Below, one piece after another: positions 16,279 through 24,497 of a stretch of 30,136 nt of DNA (positions are counted from its first letter, which is position 1; the number at the start of each line of letters is the position of its first letter). The notes below the pieces were generated by a model. That model had not been told where the DNA came from. It made no database searches and saw nothing but the letters and a program-made list of their open reading frames with translations. The DNA is from Thermoanaerobaculia bacterium (lineage in GTDB: Bacteria > Acidobacteriota > Thermoanaerobaculia > Multivoradales > JAIOJS01): positions 1-30,136 of the forward strand of contig JAWVZJ010000001.1 in assembly GCA_033722255.1 (NCBI GenBank), written 5' to 3'. A program made the translations under genes and the position numbers.

Positions 16279-16491
16279 GAACATCCGACCCTCCGGGAAT
16301 CGGGGCTCCGAGCCCCTCGCCCGGGCCCGTGTCGGCGGCCCCGGCGGCAGATCCGAGCCACTGTGGACGAGCCGAGCGGTGACGAAGCCACCGAAGCCGG
16401 CCGGGTGGGTCTCGTCAAACACGTCCCCCAGTGTACCGAATCCTCCCCGCCCGCACCGGGCTCGGCGTCCGGAGCTCGGTCGGAGGGACTC

Positions 16492-18651
16492 TCACGGGAG
16501 CTGGAAATACCGGGGAGAAGGCCCGAGGGTCACGTCCCGACCTTCCGGGATCGAGAGCTCCTCACCGTCCCGTCCCCAGGTCCGTTGCGGCGATTCCGGC
16601 AGGGTCGCTCGACCGGACCCCTCCCGGGACCAGCCCACGAAGATCTGTCTCCCCTCGTCCCGAAAGCGGTAGAGATAGAGTCCCTCCGGGGTGTGGTCGG
16701 GCCCCACGAAGGTGGCCCCCTCGAGCCGGGCCAGCGTGGCGAGGGCCCGATAGGCGGGGCGCACCCGGAGGCCGTCCTCACCTGGGGCGAGGAGACCGTA
16801 GCCTCGGGCCACGAGCTGCCACCAATAGACCCGTTCCACGTGGCCGGTTCCCAGGGCCAGGAGGTAGTAGCGGACCAGGTAGTCCGCCGCCGTCTCCTCG
16901 TCCACCGCGACGTGCCGGCCCGCCGGGGCGTGGGGACCTTCCCACAAGGGCCAGTTCACCTCGGTGATCCAGCTCCGTTCGGCCGCGCACCGGCCGGAGA
17001 TCGCCAATGCCTTGGCCAGCAGGACCTTGTCCACCGTGTCGAATCCGGCCTGGGTGTTCTCCGGCGCTCCCCGACGATCGACGTAGAGGAGGCTGGCCAG
17101 GGCGTCGAACCGGAGGTGGCTCCCGGGCCAGTTCAACACCGCGGCGGTGTAGTGAGGCTCGAAGTCGATCACCGCCGGACCCAGGATCTGCACGCCCCGG
17201 TGCCGCCGCAGAACCTCGCTGGCGGTCTCGGCCAAGCGCTGGTACTCCTCCAGGTTCCAGATCCCCCACTTGCTCCGGTTGATCGCCTGTCCCACCTGGA
17301 AGTGCCGACCATAGGGAGCGAACCGCTCGGCCAGCTCCTCGACGGCGCCCCTCCAACGTCGGAGATCCCGGACCAGCTCCCTCCTCTGGGGGAGAGAGTA
17401 GGCCAGATCGAAGCCCCGTCCGTGGAGCTCCCGGGCCAGGGACTCCTCGGCGCCGTGCTCCTCCGCCCAGGGATGGAGCCGGAGCAGCACCCGGCGGATC
17501 CCGAGCTCCTCCAAGGCCCGGATCAGGCTCTCCGGGTCCTCCGGCCGGGGTCGCACGCAGACTCCGAGACCGTCGAAGACCACGGACTCGGCGTGGAGCT
17601 CGGACTGGAGCCGCCGGTAGGCGCTCCAGAGCCCCGGGGCGGCGCCCAGGATGCCCCGGAGCGCCTTCAAGTGGATCCGGACGTCCCCCAGCCGGACCAG
17701 GAGCTTGTCCAGACGGCCGGCGTGTTGGTGCGGCTGATCCGAAAGCGGGTCCCAGACCGCCCGGTCTCTCCGGGACGCCCCGGAGGGTGGCCGGGGAAGA
17801 TGAGGATAGGCCTTCCGGGGCACCAGGAGGTCCCGGACCTTGCCCAGTCTCCCACGGATCCGACGCTTCCATCGGTGTCGGCCGTGAAACGAGCGGTGGA
17901 AGAGCCGGTACAGGATCCGGGCCCGGCGGGGCGGTTCCCCCCGGAAGTAGGCCGACAGGAGGAGGTTCTGATGCTCCGGGCGCTCCAGGGGCATCCGGCA
18001 GAGATCCCTCAACCTCCGGGAGAGACCGACCCGAGGAAGACGCCGGGCCCGGTTCAGATCCACGAGGAAGGGGTCCGGCGGCCGCTTCTCGAGATCCAAC
18101 AGCACATTCCCCGAGGAGTAGTCCCGGAACCAGAAGCCCCCCTCGTGGAGGGCCAGGGCCAGATCCGCCAGGACGCTCAGGAGCTCCACGGGATCCAGGT
18201 CCGGAAAGCTCTCGTCCTCCGTCCCCGCATTCAGGGCCCGGACGATGGACCGGGCCTCGACCAGCCCCTCCAGGTACCGGGAGACGTAGAACGCCGGACC
18301 GTCGATCCGATCGGTGTCGATCCAGACGAGAGGGTCCGGGGTGGGCAGCCCCTCCTCCTCCAGGGCCAGGGCCACTCGCCAGCTCCGCTCCGCCTTGCTG
18401 CCCCGGAGCCGCCGGTCGACTCGACGACGCAGCGTCTCGTGGCGGAACTGCTTGACCACCACACTCTCCACACCCCGGCCGGGAACCTCCACCTCCGTGA
18501 CCCAGAGATAGTTCCTTCCCCAGTGGAGGGTCTCCCGTGCTCGACTCGGATCCGCCAGCAGCGGGAGAGCTTCGGGAACCATCTGCCTCCACGGCCCTTC
18601 CCGGACCTCCCCCCGGAAACCGGGACTCCGGAACTCCAGGGAGTCGGTCAC
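16492..18651 (-). CDS. Fusion of an LPS/Kdo-kinase-like (WaaP/InaA family) domain and a clan GH-A-like TIM-barrel domain
   Basis: N-half: VVVKQF, SKAERSW...LPTPDPL, FRDYSSGNVLL, LVDLNRA. C-half: FQVGQAINR, ILGPAV, FDALASLLY, WITEVNW, VERVYWWQL, RPAYRAL. GTG start 1 nt after the rng stop. No signal peptide. Confidence 0.8.
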   Translation of the reverse strand: MTDSLEFRSPGFRGEVREGPWRQMVPEALPLLADPSRARETLHWGRNYLWVTEVEVPGRGVESVVVKQFRHETLRRRVDRRLRGSKAERSWRVALALEEEGLPTPDPLVWIDTDRIDGPAFYVSRYLEGLVEARSIVRALNAGTEDESFPDLDPVELLSVLADLALALHEGGFWFRDYSSGNVLLDLEKRPPDPFLVDLNRARRLPRVGLSRRLRDLCRMPLERPEHQNLLLSAYFRGEPPRRARILYRLFHRSFHGRHRWKRRIRGRLGKVRDLLVPRKAYPHLPRPPSGASRRDRAVWDPLSDQPHQHAGRLDKLLVRLGDVRIHLKALRGILGAAPGLWSAYRRLQSELHAESVVFDGLGVCVRPRPEDPESLIRALEELGIRRVLLRLHPWAEEHGAEESLARELHGRGFDLAYSLPQRRELVRDLRRWRGAVEELAERFAPYGRHFQVGQAINRSKWGIWNLEEYQRLAETASEVLRRHRGVQILGPAVIDFEPHYTAAVLNWPGSHLRFDALASLLYVDRRGAPENTQAGFDTVDKVLLAKALAISGRCAAERSWITEVNWPLWEGPHAPAGRHVAVDEETAADYLVRYYLLALGTGHVERVYWWQLVARGYGLLAPGEDGLRVRPAYRALATLARLEGATFVGPDHTPEGLYLYRFRDEGRQIFVGWSREGSGRATLPESPQRTWGRDGEELSIPEGRDVTLGPSPRYFQLP

Positions 18652-18652
18652 C

Positions 18653-20134
18653 TCAACGGACCTCGAGGACCTCGAAGCGCTCCCGGTGCAGCTCCGGGTC
18701 GCTCCGAACCACGATCGACAGACCCAGGGTCCGCTCCAACTCCTCCACGACCGCCTTCTCCTCCCCCCGGAGGGCGTTCGCCAGATCCGGGTGGGCCCGG
18801 AGCATCAGCTCCCGGGCTCCCCGGGGCGCTCCGTGGTCCAGGACCTCCTCCCGGAGCTCCATGGCAATCGTGGTCAGCGCCTTCACCCGACCGTCGCCCT
18901 GGCAGTACGGACAGGGAGAGGTGAGAAGCCGCTGCAGACTCGGCCGACTCCTCTTCCGCGTCATCTCCACCAGGCCGAACTCCGAAATCGACAGGACCCT
19001 CGAGCGGGCCCGATCCTTCCGGACCTCCTCCTCCAGGGCGGCGAAGACCTCCTCGCGGCTCTCCGCCTCCTCCATGTCGATCAGATCGAGGACGACGATA
19101 CCTCCGAGGTTCCGGAGGCGAATCTGTCGGACGGCTTCCCGGACCGCCTCCAGGTTCGTGCGCAGAATCGTGCGCTCCAGGTCTTCGCTCCCCACGAACC
19201 GGCCGGTGTTCACGTCGATGGCCACCAGGGCCTCCGTCGGCTGGATGACGAGATACCCGCCAGAGCGCAACCAGACCTTGGACCGGAGGGCGGCCTCGAT
19301 CTCCTCCTCCACGTCGGCCACCTCGAAGAGGGGACGTCGTCCCTCGTGGCGCCGGACCTTCCGGGCCAGGGAGGGGTCGACCTCCTGCAGGAACTCCGAG
19401 ACCCGCCGGTGGATCTCTTCACCCTCCACTCGGAGAGCCTCGAACCCGGGACCGAAGCGGTCTCGGACCACCCGCAAGGCCACGTCCAGATCCTCGTGGA
19501 CCAGGGCTGGGGCGCCCGCTTCCCGGATCCGATCCCGGATCCGATCCCAGCGACTCCTCAGCGACCCGGCGTCCCTCTCGAAGGACTCGGGGCGCTCCCC
19601 CTCTCCGGCCGTCCTCACGATCCACCCCCCCTCCGGGAGCCCGGCCACGATCTCCCGGAGGCGCTCCCGCTCCTCCGGATCCTCGATCCGGCGGGAGACC
19701 CCGAGGTGGGCGCCGTCGGGAACGAAGACGAGGTACCGGCCGGGCAGCGTGATCCGGGGGGTCACCCGGGCACCTTTGGAGGGCACCGGATCCTTTACCA
19801 CCTGCACCACGATCTCCTCTCCGGGCTTCAGTAGATCGTCGATGGCCTTCTCTGCTTCCCCCGGACCCTCCTGCGTCTCGTCCTCCGCCCCGGATCCCGA
19901 GCTCCGATCCCGGAGATCGTCCACGTGGAGAAAGGCGTCCCTCTCCAGGCCGATGTCCACGAAGGCGGCCTCCATTCCGGGCAGGACCCGGTTGACCCGG
20001 CCCTTGTAGAGGTTCCCCACCACTCCCCGGTCCCGGCGCCGCTCCAGGAACAGCTCCACCAGCCGGCCCTCCTCCAGGAGGGCCACCCGGGTCCGATGGG
20101 GATCTTGCTGGATCAGGAGCTGCGGCGCCGACAC
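18653..20134 (-). CDS. rng: Rne/Rng family ribonuclease (RNase G-like)
   Basis: GNLYKGRVNRVLPGMEAAFVDIG, TLPGRYLVF, LRSGGYLVIQPTEALVAIDVNTG, RQIRLRNLGGIVVLDLIDM, FGLVEMTRKR, CPYCQGDG. Confidence 0.95.
   Translation of the reverse strand: MSAPQLLIQQDPHRTRVALLEEGRLVELFLERRRDRGVVGNLYKGRVNRVLPGMEAAFVDIGLERDAFLHVDDLRDRSSGSGAEDETQEGPGEAEKAIDDLLKPGEEIVVQVVKDPVPSKGARVTPRITLPGRYLVFVPDGAHLGVSRRIEDPEERERLREIVAGLPEGGWIVRTAGEGERPESFERDAGSLRSRWDRIRDRIREAGAPALVHEDLDVALRVVRDRFGPGFEALRVEGEEIHRRVSEFLQEVDPSLARKVRRHEGRRPLFEVADVEEEIEAALRSKVWLRSGGYLVIQPTEALVAIDVNTGRFVGSEDLERTILRTNLEAVREAVRQIRLRNLGGIVVLDLIDMEEAESREEVFAALEEEVRKDRARSRVLSISEFGLVEMTRKRSRPSLQRLLTSPCPYCQGDGRVKALTTIAMELREEVLDHGAPRGARELMLRAHPDLANALRGEEKAVVEELERTLGLSIVVRSDPELHRERFEVLEVR
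19522..19548. repeat. In-frame 12-bp tandem duplication in rng (DRIR-DRIR)
   Basis: CCCGGATCCGAT x2 plus CCC, read directly. Confidence 0.7.
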
Positions 20135-20140
20135 GCGCCG

Positions 20141-20146
20141 ATTGTA
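20141..20146 (-). promoter_or_regulatory. -10 element 6 nt upstream of the rng start codon (possible leaderless promoter)
   Basis: Minus strand TACAAT-CGGCGC-GTG(20134). No SD and no recognisable -35. Confidence 0.45.
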
Positions 20147-20179
20147 GTCCCCCCCTGGTCCGCCCGCGCCCCCCGGTCG

Positions 20180-21331
20180 CTATCGATTCACGTACCGCCG
20201 GGCATCCACGTTGAGGGCCAGCCCCGTGGCGGCGAAGCAGAAGAAGGTGAACGACCCGCCGTAGGAGAGGAAGGGCAGGGGGATGCCGGTGATCGGCACC
20301 AGACCCACGACCATCGCCGTGTTGTAGAGGATGTGGAACGCCAGGATCGATCCCAGGGACACGATGAGGAGGATTCCCAACCGATCCCGCGCCCGGCCCG
20401 CCACCTCCGCCAGGCCCCAGAGAAACAACCCGAAGAGGGTCAGGACGAGGGCCACTCCGGCAAATCCCCATTCCTCGGCGAGGACCGCGAAGACGAAATC
20501 GGTGTGCCGGGCCGGGAGGAACCGGAGCTGGCTCTGAGTCCCCTGCATGTATCCCTGTCCCAGGAGACCTCCGGACCCCACGGCGATCTTGCTCTGCCGA
20601 ACCTGGTAGCCGGCCCCCAGGGGGTCCCGTTCTGGCTGGAGGAAGGTGAGGATCCGATCCTTCTGGTACCCCCGGAGCCCGATGTCGGTGTTCCAGGCAG
20701 CCCCTCCCAGAATCAGGGCCAGAACGCCGACCGCCAACAAAACTCGCCATCGGACCCCAGCGACCAGCAGGGCTCCCAGGAGCATGGGAACGAACATGGC
20801 GGCGCTTCCGTAGTCCGGCTGAAGCGCCACCAGAGTGACCGGTAGAACCACGATCGACCCGGCCACGCTGACCTCCCGGAGCCGGAGCCGGCTCCGGGGG
20901 ATCCCGGATAGATACTGAGCCAGCAGAACGGCGGTCGTGAGCTTCGCGAGCTCCGCCGGCTGAACCCCGAATCCGCCGATGGCGAGCCAGCTCCGGGCTC
21001 CTCCCCGAAGCTCACCGGCCACCAGGGTGAGGAGCAGGAGCACGACCCCGAGCCCGTAGATCGCCAGGGCATGGGTTCCGAGCCGGCGATAGTCCACCAG
21101 GAAGGCCGCCAGGAAGATCCCCAGCCCCAGGACGACCCAGAGGGCCTGACGGGGCAGGTAGTCGACCGAGAGCTCCGCCGAGGCGCTGTGGATCGTCACC
21201 AGACCCACGACCGCCAGGGCCAGGGCTTGCAGCAGGAGGCTCCACCGGGCGTTGCCCAGGGCCTGCAGGCCGGTCCGGCCCTCAACCGCGAACGGGGCGG
21301 AGATCGGTCCGCTTTTCGAGAAACTCTTCAT
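20180..21331 (-). CDS. rodA: Rod shape-determining protein RodA (SEDS family)
   Basis: GARSWLAIGGFGVQPAELAK, LQPDYGSA, GYQVRQSKIAVGSGG, LPARHTDFVFAVLAEEWGF, PITGIPLPFLSYGGS. Start uncertain (see findings). Confidence 0.95.
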   Translation of the reverse strand: MKSFSKSGPISAPFAVEGRTGLQALGNARWSLLLQALALAVVGLVTIHSASAELSVDYLPRQALWVVLGLGIFLAAFLVDYRRLGTHALAIYGLGVVLLLLTLVAGELRGGARSWLAIGGFGVQPAELAKLTTAVLLAQYLSGIPRSRLRLREVSVAGSIVVLPVTLVALQPDYGSAAMFVPMLLGALLVAGVRWRVLLAVGVLALILGGAAWNTDIGLRGYQKDRILTFLQPERDPLGAGYQVRQSKIAVGSGGLLGQGYMQGTQSQLRFLPARHTDFVFAVLAEEWGFAGVALVLTLFGLFLWGLAEVAGRARDRLGILLIVSLGSILAFHILYNTAMVVGLVPITGIPLPFLSYGGSFTFFCFAATGLALNVDARRYVNR

Positions 21332-23075
21332 AAACGGCTCGGGCGACGGGGGCCGCGGTCCGGGAGCCGGACCCCCCGTGTTCGACGAATACGACCACGA
21401 CCAGCTCCGGATCGTGGGCCGGCGCGTAGGAGGCGAACCAGGCGTGGTCCCGCTGCTCGAAGGGAAGGTCCTCGGACTCGATCCGGGCCTCCTGGGAGAC
21501 GACCTGCACCGTCCCCGTCTTGCCGGCGATCTCGAGGCCGGGCAACCGGGCCGTTCGTCCGGTTCCCTCGGACACGACCCGGCGAATGCCCTCCTGAGCG
21601 ACGTCCCACCAGCGAGGATCGATTCCCTCGATCCGGCTCCCGCCGCCGGGAGTACCGGCGACGATCCGGGGGATCGGGCGGTGACCCTCGGTGGCCAGCG
21701 CGGCCATCATCACCGCCACTTGGACCGGTGTCACCAGCAGGGAGCTCTGGCCGATCGCCACCGAGATCGTCTCCCCGGGATACCAGCGGTGACCCCGGAC
21801 CCGCCGGCTCCACTCGGGGCCCGGGACCAACCCCGCCCGTTCGCCGGCGAGATCGATCCCCGTGGCCTCCCCGAATCCGAACCGTCGGGCATACTCGCCG
21901 ATTCGCTCGATTCCGAGCTCCTTCCCCAGCGTGTAGAAATAGATGTCGCACGATTCCTCCAGGGCCTCGACCAGGTCGACCCAGCCGTGTCCCCCTCGCT
22001 TCCAACATCGGAAGCGGTGATCGTAGAACCGGGTGCTCCCGGAGCAGAAGACGCTGCGGTCGGGAGTGACGACCCCCTCCTGGAGACCGGCCAGGGCCAT
22101 CAGGGGTTTGAACACCGAGCCCGGCGAGAAGACGTTCTGGATCGCTCGGTTCTGAAGCGGCTGAAACGGGGCCGCGACCAGGCTTCGCCACTGCCGCGGA
22201 TCCAGACGTCGGGCGAAGAGGTTCGGATCGTAGGAGGGTCGGGACAGCAGCACCCGGACCGCTCCCGTCCCGGGCTCGAGGGCGACGACGGCTCCCACCC
22301 GGCCCTCCATGGCCCGTCCGGCCGCCTGTTGCAGATCGAGGTCCAGGGCCAGCCGGAGATCTCCTCCGGGTCGGGCCTCCCGGCGTCCGTACTCCTCCAC
22401 CGGTCGACCCCGGGAATCCACCACCACCACGCGGCGACCGTCCCGGCCCCGAAGCCGCCGTTCGTAGCGACGCTCGATCCCTCGACGGCCCACCAGCTCT
22501 CCGCGCCGATACTCTCCCTCCCGGAGGAGCTGATCGGGACCGATCTCCCCGATGTAACCCAGGACGTGGGCGGCCTGCTCCCGGTGACGGTAGAGTCGGA
22601 CCTGCTCCACCTCGATCTCGAACTCCGGATGCTTCAGGTCCGCCAGCTCGAGGCGAGCCACCTGGGCCAGGGAGAGATCCTCCGCGATCAGCACCGGATT
22701 CACCGGGTCGTTGCGCCTCTGCCGCCGGTAGTTGGCCCGGAGGCTCTCCGCCGGAGCTCCCAGGACCTCGGACGCGAAGGCGAAGGTGCTCTCGGGATCC
22801 TCCATGATCGCCGGGTCGACCCGGAGGGTGTAGCTGGGAACGTTCTCGACCAGAGGGCGTCCCTGCGCGTCGAAGATGATCCCCCGAGGGGCGGGGATCG
22901 GTAGCCTCCGGAGACGGTTGTGCTCCGCCGCCTCCCGGTACTCGGAGCCGTTCACGCCTTGGACCACCCAGTAGCTGGCCGCGATCATCGCCAACAGACC
23001 CACTCCAGCCCGGGCCAGGAACCGGACGCGGCGGATCAGGGCTTCCCGGTGCTCTCGAGAACGTAGGACTTCCAT
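21282..23075 (-). CDS. mrdA: Penicillin-binding protein 2
   Basis: IPAPRGIIFD, SPGSVFKP (SxxK), SCDIYFY (SxD), IAGKTGT (KTG), HAWFASYAP. Confidence 0.95.
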   Translation of the reverse strand: MEVLRSREHREALIRRVRFLARAGVGLLAMIAASYWVVQGVNGSEYREAAEHNRLRRLPIPAPRGIIFDAQGRPLVENVPSYTLRVDPAIMEDPESTFAFASEVLGAPAESLRANYRRQRRNDPVNPVLIAEDLSLAQVARLELADLKHPEFEIEVEQVRLYRHREQAAHVLGYIGEIGPDQLLREGEYRRGELVGRRGIERRYERRLRGRDGRRVVVVDSRGRPVEEYGRREARPGGDLRLALDLDLQQAAGRAMEGRVGAVVALEPGTGAVRVLLSRPSYDPNLFARRLDPRQWRSLVAAPFQPLQNRAIQNVFSPGSVFKPLMALAGLQEGVVTPDRSVFCSGSTRFYDHRFRCWKRGGHGWVDLVEALEESCDIYFYTLGKELGIERIGEYARRFGFGEATGIDLAGERAGLVPGPEWSRRVRGHRWYPGETISVAIGQSSLLVTPVQVAVMMAALATEGHRPIPRIVAGTPGGGSRIEGIDPRWWDVAQEGIRRVVSEGTGRTARLPGLEIAGKTGTVQVVSQEARIESEDLPFEQRDHAWFASYAPAHDPELVVVVFVEHGGSGSRTAAPVARAVYEEFLEKRTDLRPVRG

Positions 23076-23123
23076 CGCTTCTCTTCCTTCAACGACTTCC
23101 GGCGGTCCGTTGATTCCCCCCGC

Positions 23124-23639
23124 TCATCGCAGCCGCAGTCTCCGCATCCTCTTCTCCTTCCACCGTTTCCAGCGGGCTTCGAAACGCCGTCCCAGTGCCA
23201 GCAAGAGGGCCCCGACGAGGGCCGTGAGCCCGATTCGGACCAGAACCAAGCCTGGCTGGGGAAGCTCGGGGCGAGAGACCAGGAGGAGGGCCAGGAGCAC
23301 GAGGATCCCCTGCTGGAGCGCCGAGGCCAGGGCGAACAGGAGCACCCGCACCCGTTGCCGACCCATGACGATCCGCCCGGCCAGCACCGCCACCGTGAAA
23401 GCCACGAAGGTCCCGGCGAAGCCGTGAAGGCCCCAGAGCGACCCACTCAGGCCGTCCAGGAGGAGCCCCGCGACGAGACCGACGAGCTGGGAGGAGACCG
23501 GACCGTGTCGAAAGGCGAAGAGGACCACGACGACCAGGAGGGGATCGAAGAGGGCCGGGAACCGGGGCCAGAGGGCGACACCGACGAGGTAGGCGACGAC
23601 GGCACACAGGAAGGCGGCGGTCCAGCGGAACACGGTCAC
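23124..23639 (-). CDS. mreD: Rod shape-determining protein MreD
   Basis: Hydrophobic multi-TM protein (GLVAGLLLDGLSG...LWGLHG) between mreC and mrdA. GTGA overlap with mreC. Confidence 0.85.
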   Translation of the reverse strand: MTVFRWTAAFLCAVVAYLVGVALWPRFPALFDPLLVVVVLFAFRHGPVSSQLVGLVAGLLLDGLSGSLWGLHGFAGTFVAFTVAVLAGRIVMGRQRVRVLLFALASALQQGILVLLALLLVSRPELPQPGLVLVRIGLTALVGALLLALGRRFEARWKRWKEKRMRRLRLR

Positions 23640-24472
23640 GGCAGCTCCGGCTCTCCCAGGTCCGTCGGCAACGGCTCCTTGGGCAGCAGATAGACCGTGT
23701 CCACGACGCCGAAATCCACCCGGGGCAGAACCTCGATCCGATGGAACAGCCTGGGGCCGGGCTCCACCGAGATCACCACCCCCGTGGCGATCCCCTGGGG
23801 ATAGACTCGATCGATCCCCGCCGTCACCACCTCGTCGCCGCGACGCACGTCGGCGGAGAGGGGCACGTACTCCAGAGTGAGGGGATCGTTCCCCTGGCCC
23901 CGCAGGATCCCCTGTCGACGGGTCCGGGCGATCATGGCCCCCACGGCGGAGGACCGATCGGTGATCAACTGCACCCTGGCGTAGGGCTCGGCCACGGTCA
24001 CCACCCGACCCACGAGGCCTCGGGGAGCCACGACCGGTTGATTGGCCTGCACCCCCCGGGGGCCGACCCGGATCACGAAGTTCCGGAGCCAGGACCGGTA
24101 GTCCGCGAACACCACGTCGGCGACCTGGAGGCGGCGATCCCGGGCTCGGCCGTACTCGAGAGCCTCGGCGAGGCGATCCCGCTCCACCTCCACCCCTTCC
24201 AGTCGCAACAGCTCGCCCTCGAGGGCCTCCAACCTCTGCCGAAGGCGTGCGTTCTCCTCCTGGAGGCTCTCCCGGGTTCTCCAGGCCCGGGCCGTTGCCC
24301 GTGCCGCCTCCTCGACCCCGGCCACCGCCTCGGCCAGGGGTGCCACGACCCGAAGAACGGCCCGGGCCATCGGAGGAGCGTTCGGCCCCCGGCGGGGCGT
24401 CTGCCGGGTCAGGAGCACCAGCTGTCCCAGGAGGAGGATCAGGAGGAGCCAGCCGGCTCTCCGGTGCATCAC
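23636..24472 (-). CDS. mreC: Rod shape-determining protein MreC
   Basis: N-terminal TM, coiled coil LQEENARLR, GLVGRVV, LITDRSSAVGA, GDEVVTAGIDRVYPQGI. Start is GTG 24472 or ATG 24469. Confidence 0.92.
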   Translation of the reverse strand: MMHRRAGWLLLILLLGQLVLLTRQTPRRGPNAPPMARAVLRVVAPLAEAVAGVEEAARATARAWRTRESLQEENARLRQRLEALEGELLRLEGVEVERDRLAEALEYGRARDRRLQVADVVFADYRSWLRNFVIRVGPRGVQANQPVVAPRGLVGRVVTVAEPYARVQLITDRSSAVGAMIARTRRQGILRGQGNDPLTLEYVPLSADVRRGDEVVTAGIDRVYPQGIATGVVISVEPGPRLFHRIEVLPRVDFGVVDTVYLLPKEPLPTDLGEPELP

Positions 24473-24497
24473 GTCGGGAAATCCGGCGCCTCGGGCC

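Noticed and set aside
16355-16420. GCCACTG resembling the cobalamin riboswitch B12 box
   Set aside because: The other conserved elements (GGGAA, CCCGCAACTGT, GGGAAG) are missing, and there is no downstream gene on that strand.
15094-18924. 1276-aa plus-strand ORF, and other long shadow ORFs (192-1850, 3450-6137, 4654-7017, 21252-22904, 27220-29154)
   Set aside because: They are antisense to well-supported genes and have no recognisable motifs. Long stop-free antisense frames are expected in high-GC coding DNA.
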